Source: Lama guanicoe
Taxonomy: Eukaryota
Direction of reading: 5' to 3'
Length of the DNA stretch: 64,000 bases
NCBI GenBank assembly: GCA_013239625.1
Contig: MU053472.1
Span: 1,877,236 to 1,941,235, forward strand
Under the pieces are notes generated by a model that worked only from the letters and a program-made list of their open reading frames with translations, made no database searches and was not told where the DNA came from. Below, in pieces: positions 1-10,920 of the stretch; the first letter of the stretch is position 1, and each line of letters starts with the position of its first letter. The position numbers were made by a program, and so were the translations under genes.

Positions 1-1010
1 TTCTGTGTCTGACAGTTCATAGATCTCTGGTTTTTTCAAGGTCAGTTATTGGAACTTTGTTAGTTTCCTGTAGTCGTGTCATATTTACCTGATTTTTTTT
101 TTTTCCTGTTGTCCTTAGTTCCTTGTGTTGGTACCTGCACATTTGTGTAAGTGGGCTCCTCTTCCAGACTTCACAGGCTCACTTTGGCAGAGACAGATCT
201 TTACTAATCAGCTCAGTTTGGGTTTCTCGGTATGTCTGCTGGTAATGTCCTCGGGCAGGTGGGGCCTGTTATTATGGTCTATTTTGGGCCAGGACAACTG
301 TTTGAGCTCTGAGGTCAGGGATGGGGGATGTTCCACTGTCTTGAGGACTGTTGGATAGGACTGATGGCTTGGTTTCCTACCTAAGTGATACAATAGGACA
401 GGCCCATGGTTGTTTGGATTCTCTGGTTGAGCTTGCTAGATGGTCAGGACTGGGTACTATATTCAGTAGCAGATGGGACTATGAATGAGTTTCCCTGCCC
501 TGGCCTTTATGGCTCATTGTTTTGGGACTGGAGTCAGGCAAGAGTGTGCACTGAATTCCCTGGTCAGGTGAGACCACCATCTGCCCTGCAGATGGGGAAA
601 GCCATGGGCTGTGCTCTCTGTTCAGGTGCCACTGTGAGCCGAGCTTTTGGATGGGCTCTGCAGCTCGCTGTGTACTCTGGTTAGGTTCGCTGGTTGGGCA
701 GGCTGAAGGCATATTCATCCAGGAGTGGGACTATGAATTAGTTTCCCTGCTCAGGTGTAGTGGGAGAAGCAGCTCTACAGCTGATAAAGCTCTTTATTCG
801 TTGCCTTAACTCGAGCTGACTTGCACCCCAAGTTCCCTGGCTGAACAGGGCCACTGGCTTAACTCTGCAGACCATCAGCTCTAACTGCCCCTTTCTCAGC
901 TCGAGTGTTGCTGGGCTTATGCAACTTCCAGCTGTTCTCATATCTTTTTTGGTCACATGAGGCCAGGAAACACTCTCCACAGTAGCCACAACTATGTCTC
1001 AGTTCTCTTG
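1..1010 (-). mobile_element. Degenerate L1 (L1M-type) 5'UTR/ORF1-proximal region, antisense
   Basis: T-rich start followed by a relatively GC-rich segment (e.g. ggtacctgcacatttg, ctcttccagacttcacaggc) resembling the reverse complement of old L1 5' regions. Family recalled from motif style; boundaries approximate. Confidence 0.55.
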
Positions 1011-1204
1011 CTTGTGCAGGATGAAGACGGGCCATTCCAGGCCTCTCCTAATTTATTTGATGGAAATGTGACTGGAGGCTCACAGCTACCTCATTCTGTT
1101 TTTCCTTTAGAAAATTTCTGTGTTCACTAATTCTCAGTGTTCATGGTGACTTTATAGAACATAAGTACCACAGATAACAAAAACTGGCTTTATTTAATAG
1201 AGGA

Positions 1205-2100
1205 ATCATGTGCAAAATATGTAAAGAACTCTTATAACTCAATAATGAGCAGAACAACTCAATTAAAACATGGATATTTGAACAGAGACTTCACTAAAGA
1301 AGATAAAAATGTGACCAATAAGTATATAAAAGATGGTTATCAGCATTTGTCATTAGGGGAATGATGCTATAACTAGTAGAACGGCTAAAATTTAAAAGAC
1401 TAATAACACCAAGTGTTGATGAGGACATGGAAAAACAGTGGAACCCTTATACATTGTTGTTGGAAAGGCAAAATGGTATAGCCACTTTGTAATATAGTTT
1501 GGTAGTTTCTTAGAAAGTTAAACATCTACTTACCATATGATTCGTCCATTCCACTCATGTGTATTTACCCAAGGGAAATGAAAACATGTGTTTATACAAA
1601 GACTTGAACTCAAATATTTATTGCAGCTACATTCATAATAACCAAACTCTTTAAACAAACCAAATGTTCATCTGTTTGTGAAAAGATTAAAAAGGGGTTG
1701 TGTTTTACCCCTACTTAGCAATAAAAGGAAAGGGACTACTGATTGATACACATTGCAACTTGGATGAATCACAAAAGCACCATGCTAAAGGAAAAAAGAC
1801 AGACATAAAACACTGTATACTGCCTGATTCCATTTCTATGAAATGCTTGAAAAGGCAAAACTGTAGAGATAGAATGCAGCTCAGTGATTGCCAGGGGACA
1901 GGAGTTGGAGGAAAGAGATTGACTTCCAGTGGGCACAAGTGGACCTTTTGGAGTGATAGAAATGTTCTATATCTTGATTGTAGTGATGATTATATACTAT
2001 ATGCATTTAAAAAAACCCAAAAAACTTTTCACATTCAACACCTAAAATGGACAGGTTTCACCGAAGGTAAATTAATGCCCCTATAAAGTTAATTTAAACA
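1205..2100 (+). mobile_element. Old L1 (L1MC/MD/ME-type) ORF2 3' end and 3'UTR
   Basis: Hallmark L1 segments: aaagaactcttataactcaataa, ttgaacagagacttcactaaagaagata, ccaagtgttgatgaggacatgga, acttaccatatga, gaaatgttctatatcttgattgtagtgatg. Confidence 0.9.
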
Positions 2101-3344
2101 ACAACCAAAATCCTTACCAAAACCTGTAAGGCTCATCTTAATAAGACTTTTGCCTACTTTTCAACTTAACAAAAAATAAAAATTTCACTGTATTTGTATT
2201 TATAGGCCTTGAGGACAACAAAAGCTACTGGTGGGGTTGAGTTATCCCCATATAAACCAGTAATCATTGAAATTTTTCTTTCTTTGAATGGCTAATGGGC
2301 TAATGGTTTAAATACTTACCCCTACTCCGATATGTTCTTCTCTTTCATGACCATGCTGTGACCTCTCAAAACAAAAGTTAGAGATCGGAAGTAACTAACT
2401 GACAATTACAGTGGTTGATACACTCCAGTTTAAATAGAAGTGTCCTCGGTTAAAATATGGTTCATTCATCGGTCAAACTGTCCTTATTTCCTTTAATTGA
2501 ATTAAGATGGACAAATGAGAGATGTGTGCAAGACAGAAAAAAATCCTTTCACAAATCACTGTTATCCTCCCTCTGAGTGTAAAACGAATCAATTAAGAAG
2601 CATGTTAAAGCATCTTTTACTCCTGAACAACTTTAAAGCAGAAAACATTTCATAAAAATAAAATTTCGAGTGAGAAATTGAGAGAAACTGGTTACCTTTT
2701 ACAGCTAAACACAATTTTATTTCTGAGAATTGTGGATTATGTTATTTTATATGTTCCTGTTTGGCTACAGATTATACCATTGTGCTAAAAAAAAAAAAGC
2801 CTTTTTCATTTTACCTTCAAGTTGAAAACTCCTAATAAGAAGAAAATATAAAATATGGGAAAACATACAACTCACAACTGTGTGTATACAATTTGGTCTC
2901 ATCTGTACATTTACTAAATCATATTTCTTGGGGAGAGGCAAGGGAGTGGGATAAAGGGTGAAGTAGAATTTTTATTTTTCTGATTAATACCTAGCTACTT
3001 TGAAAAATGTAGATTCCCTGCTCTTAAATCATTACTCCTTTAAGTGATTATTTATGCTATATCTTATATATGGATTCATGCACACTCATACACAGGTTAA
3101 AGTGACTTTTAACTTGTGTGATAAGGTTTGTTTCTATTAAAGTTAGTTATCTAGCCTCATTTTCACTAGTAGACACATGCAAATTTATACTGCTTAACTC
3201 AGAGACTACTTTCTGTTTGTAATTCGTAGCTTTTCATACTTAAAAATGTTTTTTCCTGCTTTCTGAATTTACTCATAGATATGCTCATAACTTGTGTTAT
3301 TTATTCATTTAAAGTTTTGTTTTACTTTTAATGTTTTTTTTATT

Positions 3345-3500
3345 TTTAATAGGTTAAAAATATAAAGCATACAAAAAGGTACATAGTGAAAAGTCTTTCT
3401 TCTGCCCCCGTCCCCCAGCCACCTAATCTCTCTCTTTGGAGGCTGACAAAATTATCAGTTTTGTTATCCTTCCAGAAATATCTTATACAATATATATTTG
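3345..3500 (-). mobile_element. L1ME-type 3' end fragment
   Basis: gtacatagtgaaaagtctttcttc...cccagccacc...atccttccagaaata resembles the antisense 3' terminus of L1ME subfamilies. Confidence 0.5.
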
Positions 3501-3510
3501 GGTGGGAGAG

Positions 3511-3539
3511 AAACAAAACAAAACAAAACAAAACAAAAC
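3511..3539. repeat. (AAAAC)n microsatellite
   Basis: About 6 tandem AAAAC units seen directly. Confidence 0.95.
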
Positions 3540-5434
3540 TGAAGCAACCCTTATTTATAAGTTGGAGGCATTCAAAATTGCAAAACTATCGCGGTGCCAT
3601 CAGTTTCTACATGTTGATTTTTTGGACTCAACTTGCTGACATCAATCAAGTCTCAGATTTTAAGTGTTATCAGGGACATGAAGACAGACCCTTCACTATG
3701 AGATTTTAAGAACTTACTCAAAATATTCTGAATGTCAGGCTTTTAGAGTTTCCTATCTCTGGACTTTATGTCTATGACCTGTGTTCTAGGCTAGAATTCT
3801 GGAATGTCTGGGAAGCTCTTCTTTTCCCATTTGTCTTTTAACATGAATGAACCATGCTAGTTAAAAGAGCGTGGATATGAATTACTGAATAGCGCCGATC
3901 ACCAACGCATCTGCCCACGTGGTGGTTTTCTCTTACTTTTACAGTCTATACTTTAAAAAATTTCCTTCTAAAATACCTAGAGCTCAGAAAAACAGTTTTA
4001 CCTCACACCTTCTTCCCTAATAAAGAAGTAAATAAAGAAATAAATAATAAATGAATAAAAACAATGGACAGGTAACTAAAATCCAGAAGAATATTGGCAA
4101 ACATGTTTAGGGTTATTTATTGATGGCTTGCTCATTGGCAATATAAAGTGTGTGTCATTTGTCATTAGCAGTAACAATTTCAGCACGTTATGTTCTCTTT
4201 TTATTTACTCTGGTGGCAACATGTTTCTGAGCAGGGCCACTGGCTGTGGGTCAAGAGGTCAGTCTTTGAGGTTAAGAGTGGATGGGGTCATTTACTATTA
4301 ACCTAAGATTAGCAGCTAAGTTTTTTTTTCTTTTTTTTTCTTTTTAGCAGATTTCCTCCTATTTGTGTAACATGCCAAATTAATCTTGCCCACTTTTAGA
4401 AGAATTTCTTCTTTCTGGTCTGAATTTTATTTTTTTAAATGTTATTAAAGTTTTTTTTTTCCAATCCAGATTTCTTTCTAGCCCGTTTTCCTTGTCCATG
4501 AAGCCATGTGAACTTCTAAGATTTAAAAAATTTCATATGTTTAATATCCATTTACCAATGTACAAACACAGCTATTGTTTGATATTTTTGAAGTCTTAAG
4601 GGTTTTTCCCCTATATACATATACCAAACAAAACTATAACATAAATCAATGCACAGCAGAATTTTAGGATTTCAGGGATGGATTCTTAGCTAAGCCAGTC
4701 TTTCTCTTTGCTATTCTTGCTGTTAGATAATGTCCAACTCCTAAAATAACACGTGTTTTGTTGTTTACCGTTAGGGAATCTATGTAGTTGGTGCCATGAT
4801 ATCTGAAACATTCTTTTTCTCTTCTACTCTTCAGCAAAAAGAATCACCTGTTATAATGTAGTTTCATTAGTCATCATGTAACAAGTGTTCTCTGTGGAAT
4901 TTCCGCACAATTCCCAGTTTATATTAAGGAATGAAACCCAAGCCTGCTCTAGAAGCTAAGTTCATGTTCAGTCTTTTATACCAGTTATTTCTCTTATATC
5001 ATTGCTCATTTGGTTACTAGAAAGAGATTTCATTTGCCTTTAAAAAGCTATTGCTATTGGTGATTCACTTTGTTTTCCTCTCTAACCTTCATAGTAGGCC
5101 TTAGCCAGCTAATCATCATGTAATGAGTATGCTGTGGACACAAGGTACGCCAAGTAGGGAGGAGTGCTTAATGCATCCTTCTTAGGGTGCAGTACTGAGA
5201 GCTTAATGGGTAAAAGAAGGAGAGGAGAGGAAAGTATATACATAAAAGTTTCAAATATATAAGACCTATGATAAGGGAGAGATGAAAGTCAACTGGATTT
5301 CTAATCATGTTATACTCTAACGGACAGCAAAGTTCTTTGCGGTATAGTCTTTGTTGCTAAGTTCCTTTACATGCTTGGAGTTGAGGAAAATGGAGAGTAT
5401 TTAAGGAAAGCTTTAGACACCCAGGATGAGGAAG

Positions 5435-5545
5435 AGTTGAGTTGGTATTCCATGAGGATTGTCCCACATACAGATGAATTTTTGATGTATTCATGGGAGT
5501 AGGGAGCTCCACGTTCTTCTACTCTGCCATCTTGAAGCCTCTCCA
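5435..5545 (-). mobile_element. Isolated L1 5'-terminal fragment (laurasiatherian/artiodactyl type)
   Basis: Reverse complement reads aagatggcagagtagaagaacgtggagctc...tacatcaaaaattcatctgtatgtgggacaatcctca. This is a typical L1 5' start carrying the YY1-type AAGATGGC motif. Confidence 0.75.
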
Positions 5546-5799
5546 GGAATTTATACTGTTAATTTTAGGAATGTTGAAATTGATGTACCTTTGAGACAAT
5601 CAAGGCAGACCACCTGGCCCTGAATAAAAATGTGGGAGTTATCAGGGTAAATGAAAGCGAAAGTGTTTGGAGTGAGAAAAATGGTGGGTCAAGGGCAGAC
5701 CCTGAAAAATCAGCAAGATATTGTAGGCCCGCAAAGGATAATTTGTTCAGAAAGAGCTGATAAAGAATTAAGACTAGATCCCACAAAGTGCAGCGTCAC

Positions 5800-6250
5800 C
5801 AGAAGTCATGCGCTGGGAGCAGGGGTTTCAATCAGCAGTGCCATTACATATGCATCATGCCATGGTCCTAGATGACAAGGATAGAAATACAGACTGAATT
5901 TAGCAACTGACTAAACATTAGAGGCGTTATCGAGAGCAACTTGAGTATAGCACTGAAAATGAGAGCCACACTACACAAATAATGGAGTGAACAGAAATGA
6001 GTAAGAGATAAGAAAATAGGACATGGCATGTCTCTTTTTTGGTGTCATTTTCAAGAGAGGAATTTTTTTTCCTTTAAAAAACTTGAGCATATTTCTAGTC
6101 CGAAGGGATTAATGCAGAAATGAGGGATAAATCAGGAATGGAAGAGAGATGGGATGCCTGACAGACCAAGATCCCAAGTAAGGAAGAGGAGATTGGGTTG
6201 GAGGCCTTGAAAAGTAGGGAGGAGAGCTCAGATTTGTATCAGAAGAAGAA
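5800..6250 (-). mobile_element. Probable degenerate L2 internal fragment
   Basis: Purine-rich segment with gaatttagcaac...gagagcaacttgag...ggagtgaacagaaatgag, resembling antisense L2; heavily diverged. Confidence 0.35.
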
Positions 6251-6469
6251 ATAGCTCTAGGCATGTGGGGATGTATTTGCACTTACGGACAATCAGCTGC
6301 AGGATAAGGTGTTTGGCCTCAAGCTCATGCTATCACTTCTGTCCTCTTTGCATTCAAGAGTAATTATTTGCCCCATCACTACTTAATTTTTACTCTTTAC
6401 AGAGATATACAGACATAGTCCTATGGCATTAATACCATAACTGTCAAGAAAAGAAAATATAGGTTACCC

Positions 6470-6990
6470 ATTAACATTCTTCCAGAATAAACATTTTGGT
6501 ATAACCTTTAACCTCTCTTCTGTGTATATGGGTGTATTCTTAAAGTTACTATGTAGTATTCTGTAATTTATTTAACCATTCTCCTGTTATTAAATATTTT
6601 GTTTATTCCTTTGCTTTTGTTTGTTATGCTATTGTTAGTTTGGTTTTTTGTTTTTTTGCTTTTACAAACAATGAATTCCGTGTATATTTTGGTACATTTA
6701 TGTTATTACTTCCTCAGGATAAATTTCTAGAAGTAGAGTTACTGCTCTATTGAGTATGGGTTCTCTTAGGTTTTTTATGTATACTGGCCAAATCACTTCT
6801 CAAACAGATTGTCAGGTCTGCACTACCATAAAAGAAAATGATTTCTTCTTACTCTTAAAACTCTCTCTTAATTTTAGCTATTTGCCAACCCAGTAGACAA
6901 AAGTGGTATCTTTTGCTTTAAGTTTGTATTTCTTTGATGTTGAATACTTTTTGTTTTGATCATTTATGAGAATGTATTTTAATATTTTCA
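6470..6990 (-). mobile_element. Old L1ME-type 3' region, antisense
   Basis: tttaaccattctcctgtta, ggataaatttctagaagtagagttactg and aaagtggtatcttttgctttaagtttgtatttctttga are standard antisense L1M 3' motifs. Confidence 0.8.
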
Positions 6991-7739
6991 CTCATTACTT
7001 GAATAATTAAAAGTATAAGAAATTAATTACAGTTATAATTATAAATTATAAGAAATCATTTGAGTATAAGAACTTTTCAGCTGACTTGCATTGATAAGTA
7101 TCTGTGACGTAGCAATAATAAAGCCATTTTGGCTTAGAGGAAAATCAAAAGGTGAATGCTTTAGAGACCACGAAAAAGTTGGTTGGGAGAATTCTCTCAG
7201 TTAAAGATCTTATTAGTTTACACTTTGATGATAAGCTATTTGAAAAGCTTGAAAAGAGGAAAAAAAACCAAAAGAAAATTGAGAAGACATGGCTGAAAAA
7301 TAAGGCAAACATCTCTATGGAACAAAATTGGAACAGAAATACAAGGTGCTGAGAAATGGGTGTTAGTAGTGTCTGAAAGATGGCTCAAGTGACTTGGAAT
7401 CAGCCTTCTGCAGAAAGCTCCATTAGGGGCCATGTAAGCGTCTTCCAAAAGACACGAACGGAAGCTGCTACTGACTGCTGCTAACAGCTGTGGCTTGTTC
7501 AAAACTGCATGCCTAGAGAGGCAGGAAGACAAAGACAGACTTAGGAACTAAGCTAAGGTATCCACTGGCTCATTTTCTGATTTGGATTTTCCCCAGTGTG
7601 ACCAGGTATCAGATCTCTTAATTGCCAAATATATGACCAGATTCTGGGCTAGAGTTCCAGGGCTTCTGTGGAGGCAGCCATTAGCTGCAAGATAGGGAGT
7701 GGTGTACTCATAGAGAAAGTGAAAAGAACTTGTGGTCAT

Positions 7740-9030
7740 TCCCACTTATGCCTACAAATCAAATGTCAAAATCTGTAAAATAAATATATTAATATCAAGA
7801 AAGACACAATCAAGTCAGCAGATGGGAGAAGAATTCACTCAGATGACATGAAAATAATAGAACAATCTGAAGGAAAAAAACCAACCCTTTCTATTCCAAA
7901 TTTTTAGAAGGATAATGAAATGACATTATAAAACAAAAGCTGGCAGAAATGAAGTAAGACCAGAACAAGTAGATATGAAAAAGAATCAGCTCAAAATATT
8001 AATACAGTAATTAAGACATTGAAAACTCAAAACTTAGTAACAATTTGAGACTGTTTCTTTGGATAGTAGTTCTCAGAAAGCAGCACAGAGATATAAAAAT
8101 GTGAAGTAGTAGTTAAGATATAAAAATGCGAAGTAGTAGTTAAGAAGTAAGCTTAGAAACTTCAGTACATATCTAGTAAAAGTTCCAAAGTAAAACAGAG
8201 AAAATGATCAAGAAGTGATGCTCACTTTATAAGAACTAAGAATTTTCCAGAATTGAAGAGATTTAGCCCTCAGATTTAAACCATAACTTAAGTTCTGAGC
8301 TGAATATACATATAAATTCATGTCTACCTACTTTATAGTAAAATTGAAGACCAATGATTTTTTTTTGAAGCTCACAGAGAGAAAAGAGATTACCTATATA
8401 GGTACGAAAATTTGACAGACTTTTATTTAGTCACATTAGATGCTAGAAGACAATGAAATAATACACCAACGTGCTGAGCAAAAATAATCCTAAAATTATA
8501 ATTCTATACCCAGCTAAAATTATCATTCAGCATTTTCATAGGGTAGTAAGACTTGCTCTTCCCGGGGGGAAAAAATCCTTTAAAGATGTTCTTCATCATG
8601 AAAATGTGAGTGTAGAAGGAAAGGGTGACATGCAAGGTGCAGAATTATTTTGGCAATTAACTTGGAATGTTATAATAAAAATAATACCTTTCATGGAACT
8701 AAAATCCCAGACAGTAATGACAAAGAAGCTGTGGGGATGTTCGGTGGCAATTAAAACATATGTAGGGCAAATACGGTGATATTGAATAACTTAAGGAATT
8801 TTATAGTTGTGTATAATATGATAAAAATTAATAGAGATATAATCTACAGCTTTCAAACATACAGAGAAAAAAATGATTATGGAAAACTATCAGTGCAGTA
8901 GAAGGCAAGGGAGAACAGGTCCTACAAAATAAGATGGTAGAAATAAGCCCCAATATATCAATGATCAAAATAAATATAAAAGACAGGGGCTATAATATTA
9001 AATTAAAAATCTAATTATAGTTCGCTTACA
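7740..9030 (+). mobile_element. Degenerate L1 ORF1-like / HAL1-like element
   Basis: A-rich region with ORF1-type motifs: gaattttccagaattgaag, gagaaaagagattacct, gatgctagaagacaatgaaata, aattctatacccagctaaaattatcattca; many stops and frameshifts. Confidence 0.75.
8089..8145. repeat. 27-bp tandem duplication
   Basis: agatataaaaatg(t/c)gaagtagtagtta occurs twice (8089-8115, 8116-8142); the single difference is TG vs CG. Confidence 0.95.
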
Positions 9031-9479
9031 AAAAAAAGTATATCTGGAGATTGTGCCATTATCTGGTACCAGTGGTGTGAAATTTTCAGTCAGGCTCTGA
9101 TGTAAGCAACAAATGGCTTTATTTTCTTTTCCTCATATTACAAATACATTTGCATGAGAGAAAAAAAAATCGCCTTGTGATTTCACAGATTTTGTCATTA
9201 GTTAATCAGAGTTCATAGAAGCCTCAAATATCCCATCAGTTAATTCCCCCAGCACTTGAAATTTTCATTGTGCTAAAGCTGATTGAAATTCTGAGCTGCC
9301 TTTCAAGCAATTCCAGACCTCAAGCTTCTGAGGATTTTTTAAAGATATATACTAAGTATGTGACGCTTAAATTCATAGGCTAAATTTCCTTTTGGATTGT
9401 TTTTCAAAGACTGAAAATGCTTATGTCAGGAAATATCTTCCCTTTCCATCGCCCGGCTTCCCTGTTTGTCAACTACTCT

Positions 9480-9930
9480 ATTCTGACCTCTAAGATGGGG
9501 TCCACATTTTAATTACAGTTATGTATGGCAGGCTCCATCTGCCGCAGCCAGCCAGCCCGCAGGCTTGCAGAGAGAGAGAGAGAACGTAATACAGGACTTC
9601 TTTTCAAGAAGCTATCTTGCTACTTTACAGTTAGACTCTCTAAATGATAATCTGTGGCAATGCCTGGATGACCCTCTAAATGATCAAATATTAGAAATCT
9701 TCAGTTTTCGGAGGTGTCTCTGTTTAAGCATTAACAGCCCATTTCTTTTTAATTAAATTTCTTCATTCTTCACATATGCCGTTTGCACTTATGGCCCGAA
9801 GGACTTCATAAAATTTATGAAAGTTGTAAAAATGTGCTGTTTATTCTCTTATTCCCATTTAACTGCAGATGAATATTGGTTGTTCAGGATGCAATTGTCT
9901 TAATGGGATATTCCTCCCTCCCATCCCTGT
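9480..9930. promoter_or_regulatory. Candidate conserved non-coding element / developmental enhancer
   Basis: No recognisable repeat; dense in homeodomain motifs (TAATTA, TTATGGCC, palindromic TTCATAAA-A-TTTATGAA at 9805-9821). Conservation is inferred, not measured. Confidence 0.4.
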
Positions 9931-10299
9931 GGGGCCCTCCCCCGACTATACGCTCCCTGAGAATATTTCTGAACTTTCTAGTTTCACTGTGACTACAGTT
10001 ATCTGTAGATTAAACGTAGATTTATTCTGCTTGGTGATGTGCAGAAGAAATGATCTGACTGGATCTTTAGGAATGATTTATTTGTAGGCTACAGTAATGA
10101 TCAAAAGCCCAAACTGATGTTTATCTTTTTGTCCTATTAAGGTAGAAGGATCTACTTTTTAAAATGTATGGACATTAGCATCAGGAGCATTAATACTTCT
10201 GTACAAATATATATAAACATGAATATATATATATACATATATAGTTTTAAGACTGAAAATATAGCTTCTTTTTAACCTCTCATATAAGTATAGAGACGA

Positions 10300-10920
10300 T
10301 TGCTTCTGCAGCTGTATCTGGAGCACTTTTCGGGTTCCTACACGTATAAGGGAAAACTCATTTGCTGCTGCTGATAAATTCTTGCTCTGACTCTAGCTGA
10401 AATCACTGCAGTCTGAATTACTGAAGAGACGCCGTTCCATAACTCAGTGAATCTCAGAATTTATTTTTTCAACTGATACTTCCAGCTCTGGATTCTGTGA
10501 CATTTGCCCAAAGGGAAACACCGGTCCCTTGGATTACACTGTGCATCCATTGTCTGAACTGTCACAGCAATAGCGCGTAAAGCTGTTTGCATAGCGTGCT
10601 AACTCTATCAGGGTCAGTTCCAGTCTGTGGCCGCTAAAAATGAAAACCATGCCCCAACCGGGACAAGAGCAGGGTCAACAGCTGGCAAAGGATATGGCAA
10701 TCATTTATATAAATATGCTTTCTCAAGCCCACAAAAACAAAAAACCCCAACCCAACAGCTGGGAAGGGTTGGAAGTAGCCCCAAGGCTGGTTAGTCCCCT
10801 TCCAGATGGGGAGGTTAGACTGGGGCTAGCCAGACTGCTCCACATAGACTTCCGATTCGCATTAGAAATGAAAAGAGGAGAGGAAAGGGAAAAGGAAGAA
10901 AGGCTACAAGCATGACTGCT
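10300..10920. promoter_or_regulatory. Candidate enhancer with CAGCTG E-box cluster
   Basis: CAGCTG at 10309; CAACAGCTGG at 10676 and 10753; two GGGTCA half-sites; AT palindrome at 10703-10714; no recognisable repeat. Confidence 0.35.

Noticed and set aside
1700..2086. 128-aa ORF
   Set aside because: Lies within the L1 3' region.
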